Shown: positions 37,833 through 47,505 of the stretch, piece by piece
How the letters are laid out: each line of letters begins with the position of its first letter
How positions within the stretch are numbered: position 1 is the first letter of the stretch
Assembly (NCBI GenBank): GCA_049967655.1
Contig: JBMFSH010000018.1
Coordinates: 1-54,402, forward strand
From: Acidobacteriota bacterium
GTDB lineage: Bacteria; Acidobacteriota; UBA4820; DSQY01
Direction: 5' to 3'
DNA length: 54,402 nucleotides
Notes under the pieces: generated by a model
Seen by the model: only the letters and a program-made list of their open reading frames with translations
Databases searched by the model: none
Told to the model about the DNA's origin: nothing
Made by a program: the position numbers and the translations under genes

Positions 37833-39314
37833 CTATTCACCGAGCGAAATATGCATGGCGATGCGGCCGGCGCGCTCCTCGCGCTCCTTGACGAGGGAGA
37901 GAAGAGCGGCCGTCAGGGCCACCGCGATCATGACGATGTAGACCTTGTCGTAGCCCACCATCATGGCGTGCCGGTGGGCCCTCTCCATTTTGGCCGGCGT
38001 CAGCCCCTCCGCGGCGAGCTTGGCCGTGATGAGCCGCAGCTCGTGGGCGTAGATGAGCTGGGCGAAGGCCACACCTCCCATCATTCCCAGGCTGCGCATC
38101 ATGTTGAGGAGGCCACCGGCCACGCTGAGGTCGGCCTCGGGGGCCGCGCTCATGACGGAACGGTTGTTGGGCGGAGTGAAGGTGCCCATGCCTAGGCCGA
38201 GGATCACCAGCCGCCAGGCCACGTCGAAGGCGCTGGAGTTGCTGTGCAGGGTGGCCATGGCGAAGAGTCCCACGGCCATTACCACCATGCCCCCCACGGT
38301 GAAGGGCCTCACGCCGAACTTGTCGGAGAGATACCCAGCCAGGATGGCCACGGCGGAGAGGGTCAGGGGCACCACCGTGAGGACCGTGCCCGCATGGCTG
38401 GGGCCGAGCTTGAGCACGCGCTCGAGGTAGAACGGGAGCAGGAACATGGGCGAGAAGAGGGCCATGTAGGAGAGCATCCCCGAGATGTTGCCGATGGTGA
38501 AGTTCCGTTCCAGGAACAGACCCAGTTTGATGAAGGGCTTCGGGACCACGATCTCCATGGCCAGGAAGGCCCCGAGGCAGAAAAGCGCAGTGAGGAAGAG
38601 GACGTGCTCATGGGCCGAGAACCAGTTGTGGTTGGTGACCTGGGTGAGGCCCAGCATGAGGGCCAGCAATCCCGCCGAAAAAGCGAATGCGCCCGGATAG
38701 TCGAAGGAGAACTTGGGCCTGTTGGCGGCGGGTTTGGGCAGGATCAGCCAGCCCACGACGGTGCCCGCCAGGGCGATGGGGACGTTGATGTAGAAAATGG
38801 ACTGGGTGGAGAACTTCTCAACGAGAAGGCCCCCCAGAAAGGGGCCGAAGGACATGGCCGCCGCCTGGATGGCGCCTTGGATGCCTATGGCGCGCCCCCT
38901 CTCCCGCTCTGGGAAGACCTGTGTGATGAGGGCCAAGCTGTTGGCCTGGAGCATGGAGGCGCCGAGGGCCTGGACGACGCGCCACAAGATCAGGGCGAAG
39001 ATCCCGTTGGCCGCCCCGCAGAGGTAGGAGCCGATCCCGAACACGATGAAGCCCGCGTTGTAGAGGGGACCTCGCCCCAGCATGTCGGCGAGCTTTCCCA
39101 TGACCGGGAGAAGCAGCGTGAGGGTCAGCAGGTAGGCGAGGGAGACCCACTCCACGATCTCCAGCCGGGTGTGATAGTGGACGTTCATGGTGGGCAGGGC
39201 GATATTCACGATGCTGGCATCCAGCGCCGACATGAAGGCGCCGATGAGCACCGTTCCTAGCACGTACCACCGATACCCCTTGCTCTCCGAGAAAAAACTC
39301 AGCGGCCTCTGCAT
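37833..39314 (-). CDS. MFS drug:H+ antiporter-2 (EmrB/QacA-type)
   Basis: FMSALDASIVNIALP, GKLADMLGR (motif A), FPERERGRAIG, GPFLGG, IFYINVP; about 14 TMs. Confidence 0.93.
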   Translation of the reverse strand: MQRPLSFFSESKGYRWYVLGTVLIGAFMSALDASIVNIALPTMNVHYHTRLEIVEWVSLAYLLTLTLLLPVMGKLADMLGRGPLYNAGFIVFGIGSYLCGAANGIFALILWRVVQALGASMLQANSLALITQVFPERERGRAIGIQGAIQAAAMSFGPFLGGLLVEKFSTQSIFYINVPIALAGTVVGWLILPKPAANRPKFSFDYPGAFAFSAGLLALMLGLTQVTNHNWFSAHEHVLFLTALFCLGAFLAMEIVVPKPFIKLGLFLERNFTIGNISGMLSYMALFSPMFLLPFYLERVLKLGPSHAGTVLTVVPLTLSAVAILAGYLSDKFGVRPFTVGGMVVMAVGLFAMATLHSNSSAFDVAWRLVILGLGMGTFTPPNNRSVMSAAPEADLSVAGGLLNMMRSLGMMGGVAFAQLIYAHELRLITAKLAAEGLTPAKMERAHRHAMMVGYDKVYIVMIAVALTAALLSLVKEREERAGRIAMHISLGE

Positions 39315-39620
39315 GGCTCCCCCCCGTCGCTCCTAACATATATTTTCCCGCCTTCTCTCCCGTGCGGGAGGGGCAGGAGATGCCGTTTCGTCTCGCCGAG
39401 GCGAGGTGCCCAGCGGGAGCCGGGAACGCCTTGGCCATCACCGGGTTCTCGCCACGGTGCGCCTCGCGTTCCGAAGTAGTGCTAGGGTATGCGGTCCCTC
39501 AAGCGGCCCCCCCGGCGCCGAACCTGCCCTCGCTCTGTGCCTCTGCGGCGCGCCGCCCCGGTCCTCCCGGAGCCGGCGGCCCCCTCCTGCCCCCTCGGGC
39601 GGGCTATGCGTGCGCCCGCC

Positions 39621-40430
39621 TCAGCTATCCAAGACCTGCACCAGGTCGTCCGTGACCAGGCGCTCCACTCCGGGCGTGCCCTTCACGATCTCCTCGACCG
39701 CCTGCCATTGCCGGTGGTTCCGGACCTTGCCCCGGAGCGTCACGACTCCACCCTTCGCCTCCACCTCCAGAACGAGGGCGGAGGATTCGGGGTGAGTCAG
39801 GAGGGCACCTCGCACGCGGCTCGATAGAGCGAGGTTTTCGATGGCGGCCTGCGATTCCGGCGTCAGGCGGAACGATTCTTCCGCGATGAGTCCGCTCACC
39901 ACGTGGCAGGCTTCTTCGATGGTGGTCCTCTCCAGGTTGATGACCAGATCATAGAGCACCGGATCGCTCCAATCGACGCCGTAGAGAAAACGGGTCCACT
40001 TGGCGCGGTCGTGGTCCCGCTTCTCGACGTACGCAAGGGCTTCGTCGTGGCTCAGGTGCAGGCTCTCCTGGACGACGTGCGCCCTCTGCTCAAGCGGCGC
40101 TATGATGCGCACTCTCAGGACGTGGCTCACGCCATGGAGCATGAGGTGGCCGGCATTACCCAGATAGATCAGGCCGTCGCGGCGGGCTTCTTCCGACAAG
40201 CACGCCTGGAACAGCGTGATGTAGCGCCGGCGCTCCTCGCTGAAGTGATCGAGGAAGCTGGGCGGCCGGTCTATGGCTTCGCGGAGCTTTTCTTCGGAGG
40301 CCCCGCACGAGGAGGCGTTGGCTATGATGCTTTCCCGGTCAATGGACCGGTATCCCAGCCGCTGAGCCAAGCACTGCGCGAGATCTTTGCCTCCCGAGAA
40401 AGTACCCCTGGAAATCGTGATGATAGCCAT
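39621..40430 (-). CDS. Cytidylate kinase-like protein with C-terminal BON domain
   Basis: MAIITISRGTFSGG, YDLVINL; C-terminal LEVEAKGGVVTLRGKV....PGVERLV. Confidence 0.87.
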   Translation of the reverse strand: MAIITISRGTFSGGKDLAQCLAQRLGYRSIDRESIIANASSCGASEEKLREAIDRPPSFLDHFSEERRRYITLFQACLSEEARRDGLIYLGNAGHLMLHGVSHVLRVRIIAPLEQRAHVVQESLHLSHDEALAYVEKRDHDRAKWTRFLYGVDWSDPVLYDLVINLERTTIEEACHVVSGLIAEESFRLTPESQAAIENLALSSRVRGALLTHPESSALVLEVEAKGGVVTLRGKVRNHRQWQAVEEIVKGTPGVERLVTDDLVQVLDS

Positions 40431-40546
40431 TTCGCCCCCTTCTATGAGAGCCTCCGCGTGGAGGCCCCCCTGAGACGGTTTCCGAAACGAAGGACCAATT
40501 GATGAATATAACGCGATTGAGCACGCACCTTTCACCCCGTGACATC

Positions 40547-40957
40547 TCACCGCAGGAACAGGGTGTAGCTGAGAACCGTCAGCACGAAGGCCGTAAAGAG
40601 GGTGTACTTGAGGTTCTTTTCCACGAAGGCGAAGTAAACCATGGAGGCCAGGACGCGAATGTAAGGAGTGAGCAGGAGCGTGACGATCCCCAGGCTGACC
40701 AGGAGACGCGCGCGGAACTTTCCCTCGACGGTCAGCTTCAGCTCCTTGATGAGGAACTGAAACAGGTTCATCTTATTCAGTTCGTAATCGAAGGCGAAGC
40801 TCCCCGATTCGGCGAAACGCCACACCATCCCGCCCAGGAGAAGGGCGCAGCTCACCAGCACCCCCACCAGGAGGATGGTTCCCACGAGCCCTTCGATCTT
40901 GTGCTGAAAGGCCTGGAGCTCTGGAGAGAGTTCGTCGGCAATCGCATGTTCGCTCAT
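40547..40957 (-). CDS. DUF1634 family membrane protein
   Basis: Three TMs, LGIVTLLLTPYIRV motif; directly downstream of tauE (known pairing). Confidence 0.85.
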   Translation of the reverse strand: MSEHAIADELSPELQAFQHKIEGLVGTILLVGVLVSCALLLGGMVWRFAESGSFAFDYELNKMNLFQFLIKELKLTVEGKFRARLLVSLGIVTLLLTPYIRVLASMVYFAFVEKNLKYTLFTAFVLTVLSYTLFLR

Positions 40958-40959
40958 GG

Positions 40960-41793
40960 TCACCCCCTGATCCCGCGAATGATCATCTCGGCGCCCAGGA
41001 TCAACAGAACCACCAGGAAAAAGTTGCGCACGGCGGAATTGCTCAGCTTCACCAGCACGCGCGTTCCTATGAAGGCCCCCAGTACGACGCCCAGAATGAC
41101 CGGGGCGGCGAGGCCCGGGTCGATGAAACCGTTGGCCAGGTAGACGCTGGTGCCCGCGAGGGCGGTCACGCCGATGATCAGGTTGCTCGTGGTCGTGGAG
41201 ACCTTGGGAGGCAAGTGCATGCCCAGGTCCAGGACCAGGACCTTCAGCGCCCCGGCGCCGATGCCGAGGAGGCCCGCGATGAATCCGGCGCAGAACATGA
41301 AGGGACCGCCGAAGTAGGCGCGCACGCCGTGGTAGTGGATCGTCTCCTTCTGGGCCTCGTCGTGATAGCTGCCCCTGAGTTCGAGCCACTTCGAGAACCT
41401 GTCCTGGTAGGCCATGGGGTGCCACTGTTTCCCCACCTGAAAGACCATCGTGAGCCAGATGGCCAGGAGAATGGCCCCGAATGCAATGAAGAGCGGCCTC
41501 TCGCTGCACGCGAGGGTGACGGCGGCGCCGACCACAGCGCCGAGGATGGTGAAGACCTCCAGGAACATTCCGACCTTCAGGTTGGTGATGCGGTCGCGGA
41601 CGTAGGCCGAGGCCGAACCGCTCGACGTGGCGATGACCGAGACGATGCTGATGGCGATGGCGTGTTTGATGTCCAGGCCCATCAGGGTGAGCGCCGGCAC
41701 GAGAACGACCCCCCCGCCCATTCCGGACATGGCGCCCACGAATCCGGCGGCGATGGAGAGCCCCAGCATTTCAGGCATTCCGAGTGTTGGCAT
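40960..41793 (-). CDS. TauE/SafE (sulfite exporter, TSUP) family protein
   Basis: AGFVGAMSGMGGGVVLVP, SIVSVIATSSGS, GLLGIGAG, KVSTTTSN. Confidence 0.92.
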   Translation of the reverse strand: MPTLGMPEMLGLSIAAGFVGAMSGMGGGVVLVPALTLMGLDIKHAIAISIVSVIATSSGSASAYVRDRITNLKVGMFLEVFTILGAVVGAAVTLACSERPLFIAFGAILLAIWLTMVFQVGKQWHPMAYQDRFSKWLELRGSYHDEAQKETIHYHGVRAYFGGPFMFCAGFIAGLLGIGAGALKVLVLDLGMHLPPKVSTTTSNLIIGVTALAGTSVYLANGFIDPGLAAPVILGVVLGAFIGTRVLVKLSNSAVRNFFLVVLLILGAEMIIRGIRG

Positions 41794-42198
41794 TGTCCCC
41801 CCTGCTCTAAGTAAGGATCGGTCCTATCGGCGAACCACGAGTCGTGCCTCCTTTCGCCTGCCTTCGGCCGCTGCCCGCCATGGACGCGGCGAATCCGCCG
41901 GGTTCCCGCGCCCACCGGCCGGAAGGGCGCCGGGGCGGAAAGCCAGCCGATTGAACTCTCGTTTTTGGGGATGCGGGGCAACAATAGGGGAGCGCCTGTG
42001 GGCAGTGAAGAGCGAACAGACCTCTCAGTCTTGGACGACACACGCCAAGACGGCGAAGACCACACTCTTCGGGTGACCCGTGAACCCTGCACAATGCCCC
42101 CCCGCGCCAAAAAGTCGCGGCCATTCTGGCAGGCCCATGGCCAAAAGGATCCTCTTTAGGGCGCACCAGCGTCCTATGAGGCCTCCATTCGTCAAAGA

Positions 42199-42214
42199 TG
42201 CAACTAACGTGCCA
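42199..42214 (-). promoter_or_regulatory. Sigma-54 (-24/-12) promoter
   Basis: Minus strand TGGCAC-GTTAG-TTGCA, an exact consensus match, intergenic and facing tauE. Confidence 0.75.
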
Positions 42215-42238
42215 GCGCTGGAGGGAGAATCAGCGAAG

Positions 42239-42925
42239 CTACCGCTCCTTTCTGGCGACCCGTGAGAGCGCGTCCCGCAAGGCGTCGCTCCGCGGGTTCT
42301 CGACGGTGCCCCTGACGAGGATGTCCACCGGGTTCACGCGCTTGTGATAGAAGCCCTCATTGAGGTCCTTGGCGGGCTTCACCACGGTGCCGGCCAGGGC
42401 GGCGCCGATGAAGGCCCCCTTGGACCGCGAAAAGGAGAGGATGTCGGCGGTGGCTGCCTGGGTGCCTTCACCGACGGGACCAGCGGCCACGCTGGCCTCT
42501 CCTCCCAGCTTGACGCTGGAGCTGAGGAAGGAGTCCACGCCATTTTGGGACTGGATAAAGAGGATCACCTCGGAGTGCTCGCCCCCGATCTGGAAGCCCA
42601 CGGAGACGCTGGCCAGCCTGTAGAAGGCGGGTTGGCTCCAGCGGCCGTCGGCTCTTTTGGTGAGCAGGACGCCCACGCCGCCGGAGCCGGCGAAGATGAA
42701 CCCTCCCTTGTTTCGGTCGGGGACGATGAGAACCCCCTTTGCGTCCTGGAAATGTTCCTTCAACCACTTCATGTTGGGGTCGGCCAAGAAGTCCGACAGG
42801 GTAGATTTCGCCGCCCGGACGATCTTGTCCGCTTCGGCGGATTTGGCCTGCGCCGAGAAGGGCAACACGGAGGCGCCCAGGAGCCCCAGGGCCAACACGA
42901 GCAAACGGCTTCGTCTTGTCATCAT
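42239..42925 (-). CDS. Lipid-binding SYLF (Ysc84) domain protein, exported
   Basis: Signal peptide; AKGVLIVP, KGGFIFAGSGG.G, WSQPAF, SVGFQIG, SFSRSKG. Confidence 0.92.
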   Translation of the reverse strand: MMTRRSRLLVLALGLLGASVLPFSAQAKSAEADKIVRAAKSTLSDFLADPNMKWLKEHFQDAKGVLIVPDRNKGGFIFAGSGGVGVLLTKRADGRWSQPAFYRLASVSVGFQIGGEHSEVILFIQSQNGVDSFLSSSVKLGGEASVAAGPVGEGTQAATADILSFSRSKGAFIGAALAGTVVKPAKDLNEGFYHKRVNPVDILVRGTVENPRSDALRDALSRVARKER

Positions 42926-43216
42926 CGTCTCTCCTTCATCCCATTCCAACGGTGCGTCGGGTCAATCTCTTCCGTCCGGGGCACGGGACGGGCGAAAGGG
43001 ACGGCGGATGGAAGGGTCGCCTCGCCTGATGACCTCCCGATGCCCTGCTTTCTCGGCATCCGCTTCCTTGCCCGCGCCCCGGTTCCCAGCCTCCTTCTGC
43101 CGATAGCACTGCCCCTTAAGTATACGACAGCCACTGCCTGCTGTGCGCCTCGCCTGCCCGCCTGCTTCCATCTCACCCGTGCACCGTCTTTCCGGCGAAT
43201 AAACCGGGCGGCCGGC

Positions 43217-43253
43217 CTGTTGAGGCTGTTGGACTGTTGGACTGTTGGACTGG
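43217..43253 (+). repeat. 8-bp tandem repeat (CTGTTGGA)x3 plus degenerate copies
   Basis: Perfect copies at 43226-43249, directly before the GGAGG SD. Confidence 0.75.
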
Positions 43254-43262
43254 AGGCGAACA

Positions 43263-44414
43263 ATGACGGGTGAGTCGAGATCATCTGCCGGTGCCGGAAG
43301 GGGAAAATCGGCGATCCCGAGCCTGCTGATGGCGGTCCTCGTGGTGGAGGTGTCACTCGCGGCGGCGGCCAGGGGATCTGGGGGCGAGGCAGAGCGACAC
43401 AGGGCTCCGGACGCCGTGGCCGGCCGGATCATCGAACCGGCCATGAGGGAAAAGGAACTGCCGGGCCTGGTTCTGGGGGTGGTCCGGGATGGTCGGGTGG
43501 CGGTGGAGCGGGGGTACGGCGTGGGATCGCTGGATTCTCCCCAGCCTCCGGACCCGGACACCGTCTTCTACATCGGATCGCTCTCCAAGGCCCTCACCGC
43601 CGCGGGGGCCATGGTGCTCGTAGAGCGCGGCCAGCTCGATCTGGAGGCCCCGGCCAGCCGCTACCTCAAGAACCTGCCGGAAAGCTGGCGGTCCATCACG
43701 GTGGCCCTGTTCATGGCTCATCAGAGCGGCATCCCCCAGCTGAACCGCAAGCTCCCGACCTTCGAGGCCATGCTCCGCTCGGCCGATTCCATGCCGCTCG
43801 CCTTCAGGCCCGGAACGAAGCAGGTCTACAACAATTTCAATTACGCGGTGGTGGGGAAGATCATCGAAGCCGTCAGCGGCATGAGCTACCTCGATTTCAT
43901 GCACCGGGAGGTGTTCGGCCCGCTGCACATGGACCACACGGGCTACGGCATCGCGACCGCCGATGAAGCGACTTCGTATCGCATGGCGGGAGGCAGGCCC
44001 GTGCCGATCGTTCACCGCCTCAAGGGGATGTACGGGATACCTTCGGGCCACCTCCAGAGTACGGTGGCCGACCTGCTGAGCTTCTACGAAGGCATCCAGC
44101 CCGGAGGCCTGCTCAGCCCGTCCGCCTTCCGCACCATGACGACGCGCGTCGATCCCGCCTTTTCGGGCACGCCGGGCTGGTTCGAAAAGAGGGTCGGCGG
44201 TCTCTCGGTGGTCACCAAGAACGGGGCCACGGAAGGATTCCACAGCATCCTCTCCTTCGTTCCGGGGAAGGGGGACTGCGTGGCCATGATCTGGACCTCC
44301 AAGAAGCCCAAGGGCGACGGGCTGTTCAAGGAGACCGCCGAACGGCTGCACGAAGTATGCGGGGCCCCAGTCGCGGGACGGCGCGAACGGGCCGCGGCTT
44401 TCAGGGACGAGTGA
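43263..44414 (+). CDS. Serine hydrolase, beta-lactamase class C/PBP-like family
   Basis: F.IGSLSK (SxxK), AHQSG, YNN (YxN), KNG; N-terminal hydrophobic segment. Confidence 0.88.
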   Translation: MTGESRSSAGAGRGKSAIPSLLMAVLVVEVSLAAAARGSGGEAERHRAPDAVAGRIIEPAMREKELPGLVLGVVRDGRVAVERGYGVGSLDSPQPPDPDTVFYIGSLSKALTAAGAMVLVERGQLDLEAPASRYLKNLPESWRSITVALFMAHQSGIPQLNRKLPTFEAMLRSADSMPLAFRPGTKQVYNNFNYAVVGKIIEAVSGMSYLDFMHREVFGPLHMDHTGYGIATADEATSYRMAGGRPVPIVHRLKGMYGIPSGHLQSTVADLLSFYEGIQPGGLLSPSAFRTMTTRVDPAFSGTPGWFEKRVGGLSVVTKNGATEGFHSILSFVPGKGDCVAMIWTSKKPKGDGLFKETAERLHEVCGAPVAGRRERAAAFRDE

Positions 44415-44542
44415 CCCATGGGTCCGCGGTGTCCCTTCAGGCGGGGGGGATGTCCGCGCCGGGAGCAAGTGGGTTCAGGTACTCGGGAAGAACTATGGCC
44501 AAGAGCGGGAAAGAGCATGCGGCCGCCTTTGTTGGAGGAGCC

Positions 44543-45688
44543 ATGAAGGTATTTGTCCCACGGGAATCGAGGGAGGGGGAGCGCCGCGTGGCGCTCGTTC
44601 CGGAATCGGTCAAGAAGCTGGTGAAGGCGGGTCTGACGGTGACCGTGGAGGCCGGGGCTGGCGCGGGCTCCTTCGTCGCCGATTCCGCCTACACCGAGGC
44701 CGGAGCCACGGTGGCGCACGAGCCGTCGGCGGCGCTCACGGAGGCCGACCTCGTGCTGAGGGTCCACGCGCCGACTCTGGATGAAGCGGACCGGATACGT
44801 CCGGGCGCCATGCTGCTCGCGCCCCTCGCCTCCACGCGCAATTTAGACCTGGTCCGCAAGCTGCTGGAGCGGAGGGTGACCGCCTTCTCCACCGACGCGA
44901 TCCCTCGCATCTCCAGGGCCCAGGCCATGGACGTCCTCTCCTCCATGGCCTCCATCGCCGGGTACAAGGCCGTCATCATGGCAGCCGATGCCCTGCCCCG
45001 GTACTTCCCCATGCTCATGACCGCCGCAGGAACGGTGCTTCCAGCCAAGGTCTTCGTGATCGGCGCCGGAGTCGCCGGGCTCCAGGCCATCGCCACGGCG
45101 CGAAGGCTTGGAGCCGTGGTGGAGGCCACCGACACGCGTCCCGCCGTGAAGACGGAGATCGAGAGCCTGGGCGCCAAATTCGTGGGAGTCGAGACCGGCG
45201 AGGAGGCGCAGGACGCGGGAGGGTACGCCAAGGAGCTGTCCCAGGAGTTCTACCGCCGGCAGGGCGAGCTCATCGCCCAGCGCTGCGCCGCTTCCGACGT
45301 GGTCATCACCACCGCCCTCATCGGAGGCGCGGTGGCGCCCAAGCTGATCACGGCCGAGATGGTGGCAAAGATGAGGCCGGGCTCGGTCATCGTGGACCTC
45401 GCCGCGCCGGGCGGCGGGAACTGCGAGCTGACCCGGCCGGGGGAGACCGTCGAGACGGGCGGGGTCCGAATCTTGGCCCCCCTGAACCTGCCCTCCGAGG
45501 TGGCCTTCCACGGCAGCCTGCTCTACTCGCGGAACCTCACGGCCTTCATCACGGCCTTTTCGAAGGACGGTGCCTTCAAACTCGATCTCGAGGACGACAT
45601 CTTGAGGGAGGCCACCGTTACTCACGACGGAAAGGTGATCCACGGAGCCACCGCTCAGGCGCTGTCCAAGGAGGGTGCCGCCCCATGA
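44543..45688 (+). CDS. pntA: NAD(P) transhydrogenase subunit alpha, part 1 (domain I)
   Basis: ERRVALVP, RISRAQAMDVLSSM, IGAGVAGLQA, GGYAKE, VDLA..GGNC. Confidence 0.96.
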   Translation: MKVFVPRESREGERRVALVPESVKKLVKAGLTVTVEAGAGAGSFVADSAYTEAGATVAHEPSAALTEADLVLRVHAPTLDEADRIRPGAMLLAPLASTRNLDLVRKLLERRVTAFSTDAIPRISRAQAMDVLSSMASIAGYKAVIMAADALPRYFPMLMTAAGTVLPAKVFVIGAGVAGLQAIATARRLGAVVEATDTRPAVKTEIESLGAKFVGVETGEEAQDAGGYAKELSQEFYRRQGELIAQRCAASDVVITTALIGGAVAPKLITAEMVAKMRPGSVIVDLAAPGGGNCELTRPGETVETGGVRILAPLNLPSEVAFHGSLLYSRNLTAFITAFSKDGAFKLDLEDDILREATVTHDGKVIHGATAQALSKEGAAP

Positions 45689-45981
45689 ACCTCGACGTTC
45701 TCGTATCCCACCTCTACATCTTCGTGCTGGCTACCTTCGTAGGCCTGCTCGTCATCCGGCGCGTGTCGCCGCTGCTCCACACGCCCCTCATGTCCCTCAC
45801 GAACGCCATTTCGGCCATCGCCGTGGTGGGTTCCATCGTGGTGGCCGGAAAGGAGGAGTCCACGCTGAGCACGGTGCTCGGGACGGCCGCCGTGGCGGCT
45901 TCCACGATCAACATCGTGGGGGGCTACCTCATCACCTACCGCATGCTCGTCATGTTCAAGAAGCACAAGCAGGTGAAGTGA
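45685..45981 (+). CDS. pntA: NAD(P) transhydrogenase subunit alpha, part 2 (membrane)
   Basis: LHTPLMSLTNAIS; NIVGGY.IT.RML.MF. Confidence 0.95.
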   Translation: MNLDVLVSHLYIFVLATFVGLLVIRRVSPLLHTPLMSLTNAISAIAVVGSIVVAGKEESTLSTVLGTAAVAASTINIVGGYLITYRMLVMFKKHKQVK

Positions 45982-47381
45982 TGGGCATCGACCACTGGAT
46001 CCAGCTCGTCTACGTCCTCTCGGCCGTCTGCTTCATTCTGGCCCTGCACTGGCTGAGCTCGGTGCCCACGGCTCGCCGGGGCGTCATCACGGGCGTCGTC
46101 GGCATGGTGCTCGCCGTAGGCGGAACCCTGCTTCGTCCGGAGGTGGCCCACTACCAGTGGATCGCCGTGGCCTTCGTCATCGGCACCGTCATCGGCATCC
46201 CCATGGCCATGATGCCCATGACGGCCGTGCCTCAGCGGACGGCGCTCTCGCACGCCTTCGGCGCCCTGGCGGCGGCCCTCGTGGGGACTGCGGAGTACTT
46301 CCTGCGGGCGGGCCACCAAGAGATGGACCGCTTCACCATGGGGGCGCTCGCTCTGGAGGTCATCCTCGGCTACCTGACCTTCACCGCGAGCCTCATGGCC
46401 ACGGGCAAACTGCAGGAGATCCTGCCCCAAAGGCCCATCACCTACAGGGGCCAGAATCTCGTCAACTTGGGCATCCTGGGGGCCGCCGCGGCCATCGCCG
46501 TGGTCCTCGTGATCCATCCCGGGAGCCACTCCCTCTTCCTGCTCATGGCCTCGCTGGCCCTGGTGTTCGGGGTTTTGCTCATCGTCCCCATCGGCGGCGC
46601 CGACATGCCCACCGTCATCTCCCTTCTGAACTCCTACGCGGGTCTCTCCGCCGCGGCCATGGGGTTTGTCCTCGACAACAAGCTGCTCATCATCGCGGGC
46701 TCACTGGACGGCAGCTCGGGCCTCATCCTCTCCATCATCATGTGCAAGGCCATGAACCGCTCCTTCTCCAACGTCCTCTTCGGGGCCTTCGGGCAGGTCA
46801 GCGGAGCGGCGGCGGAGACGGGCGAGAGGAAGACCTACCGGAGCGCCAGCGCGGAGGAGGCCGCGGGCATTCTGTTGAACGCCTCCTCCGTCATCGTGGT
46901 TCCGGGTTACGGCATGGCCGCCGCCCAGGCCCAGCACAAGGTGCGGGAGCTGTACGACCTACTCGCCAGGAACGGCGTCAACGTGAGGTTCGCCATCCAC
47001 CCCGTGGCGGGCCGCATGCCGGGCCACATGAATGTGCTCCTGGCGGAGGCGAACATCCCGTACGACGCGCTCATGGAACTGGACGAAGCCAATTCGGAAC
47101 TCCCCCAGGCGGATGTGGCTCTGGTCATCGGCGCCAACGACGTGACCAACCCCTCGGCCAGGCACGACAAGGGGAGTCCCATCTACGGCATGCCCATCAT
47201 CGACACCGACAAGGCGCGGACGGTGATGGTGATCAAGCGCAGCATGAACCCGGGCTTCGCGGGCGTGGACAACGAGCTCTACACCCTCGACCGCACGCTC
47301 ATGCTCTTCGGCGACGCCAAGTCCTTCGTCGGCGAGCTGGTCAAGGAGGTCCAGGCGCAGGGCGGCCAGAACGCCGCCTGA
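45981..47381 (+). CDS. pntB: NAD(P) transhydrogenase subunit beta
   Basis: PIGGADMPTVISLLNSY, MCKAMNRS, VPGYGMA, HPVAGRMPGHMNVLLAEA, GANDVTNP; start at MGIDHW. Confidence 0.96.
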   Translation: MGIDHWIQLVYVLSAVCFILALHWLSSVPTARRGVITGVVGMVLAVGGTLLRPEVAHYQWIAVAFVIGTVIGIPMAMMPMTAVPQRTALSHAFGALAAALVGTAEYFLRAGHQEMDRFTMGALALEVILGYLTFTASLMATGKLQEILPQRPITYRGQNLVNLGILGAAAAIAVVLVIHPGSHSLFLLMASLALVFGVLLIVPIGGADMPTVISLLNSYAGLSAAAMGFVLDNKLLIIAGSLDGSSGLILSIIMCKAMNRSFSNVLFGAFGQVSGAAAETGERKTYRSASAEEAAGILLNASSVIVVPGYGMAAAQAQHKVRELYDLLARNGVNVRFAIHPVAGRMPGHMNVLLAEANIPYDALMELDEANSELPQADVALVIGANDVTNPSARHDKGSPIYGMPIIDTDKARTVMVIKRSMNPGFAGVDNELYTLDRTLMLFGDAKSFVGELVKEVQAQGGQNAA

Positions 47382-47417
47382 GATGGACCGGGGTTCGGGC
47401 GCTCCAAAAAAGTCTTC

Positions 47418-47438
47418 CTCCACCCTCCACCCTCCACC
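47418..47438. repeat. Heptamer tandem repeat (CTCCACC)x3
   Basis: Three perfect copies abutting the terminator. Confidence 0.7.
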
Positions 47439-47439
47439 G

Positions 47440-47474
47440 AAAAGGGGGAGAGCCAAACCGGCCCTCCCCCTTTT
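47440..47474. terminator. Bidirectional intrinsic terminator between pntB and the S46 peptidase
   Basis: AAAA-GGGGGAGAGCC-AAACC-GGCCCTCCCCC-TTTT between convergent genes. Confidence 0.85.
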
Positions 47475-47505
47475 GTGGTGCGGAGAGTTTGTGGGGCGAA
47501 GCTCT

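Noticed and set aside
39320..39500. Guanidine or fluoride riboswitch upstream of the MFS gene
   Set aside because: Hairpins are present, but there are no paired ACGR loops, ykkC 3' motif or crcB pseudoknot consensus on the minus strand.
41880..42090. c-di-AMP (ydaO) riboswitch resemblance (TTTTTGGGG...TAGGG)
   Set aside because: It is on the wrong strand for tauE, and the conserved CCCGUCAGCUAAC segment is absent.
43263..44414. True AmpC beta-lactamase resistance gene
   Set aside because: SxxK and YxN are shared with esterases and peptidases of this fold. The third motif is KNG and no ampR is adjacent.
44543..47381. Three-gene transhydrogenase as a novelty
   Set aside because: A split alpha subunit is a well-known arrangement, for example in Rhodospirillum rubrum.
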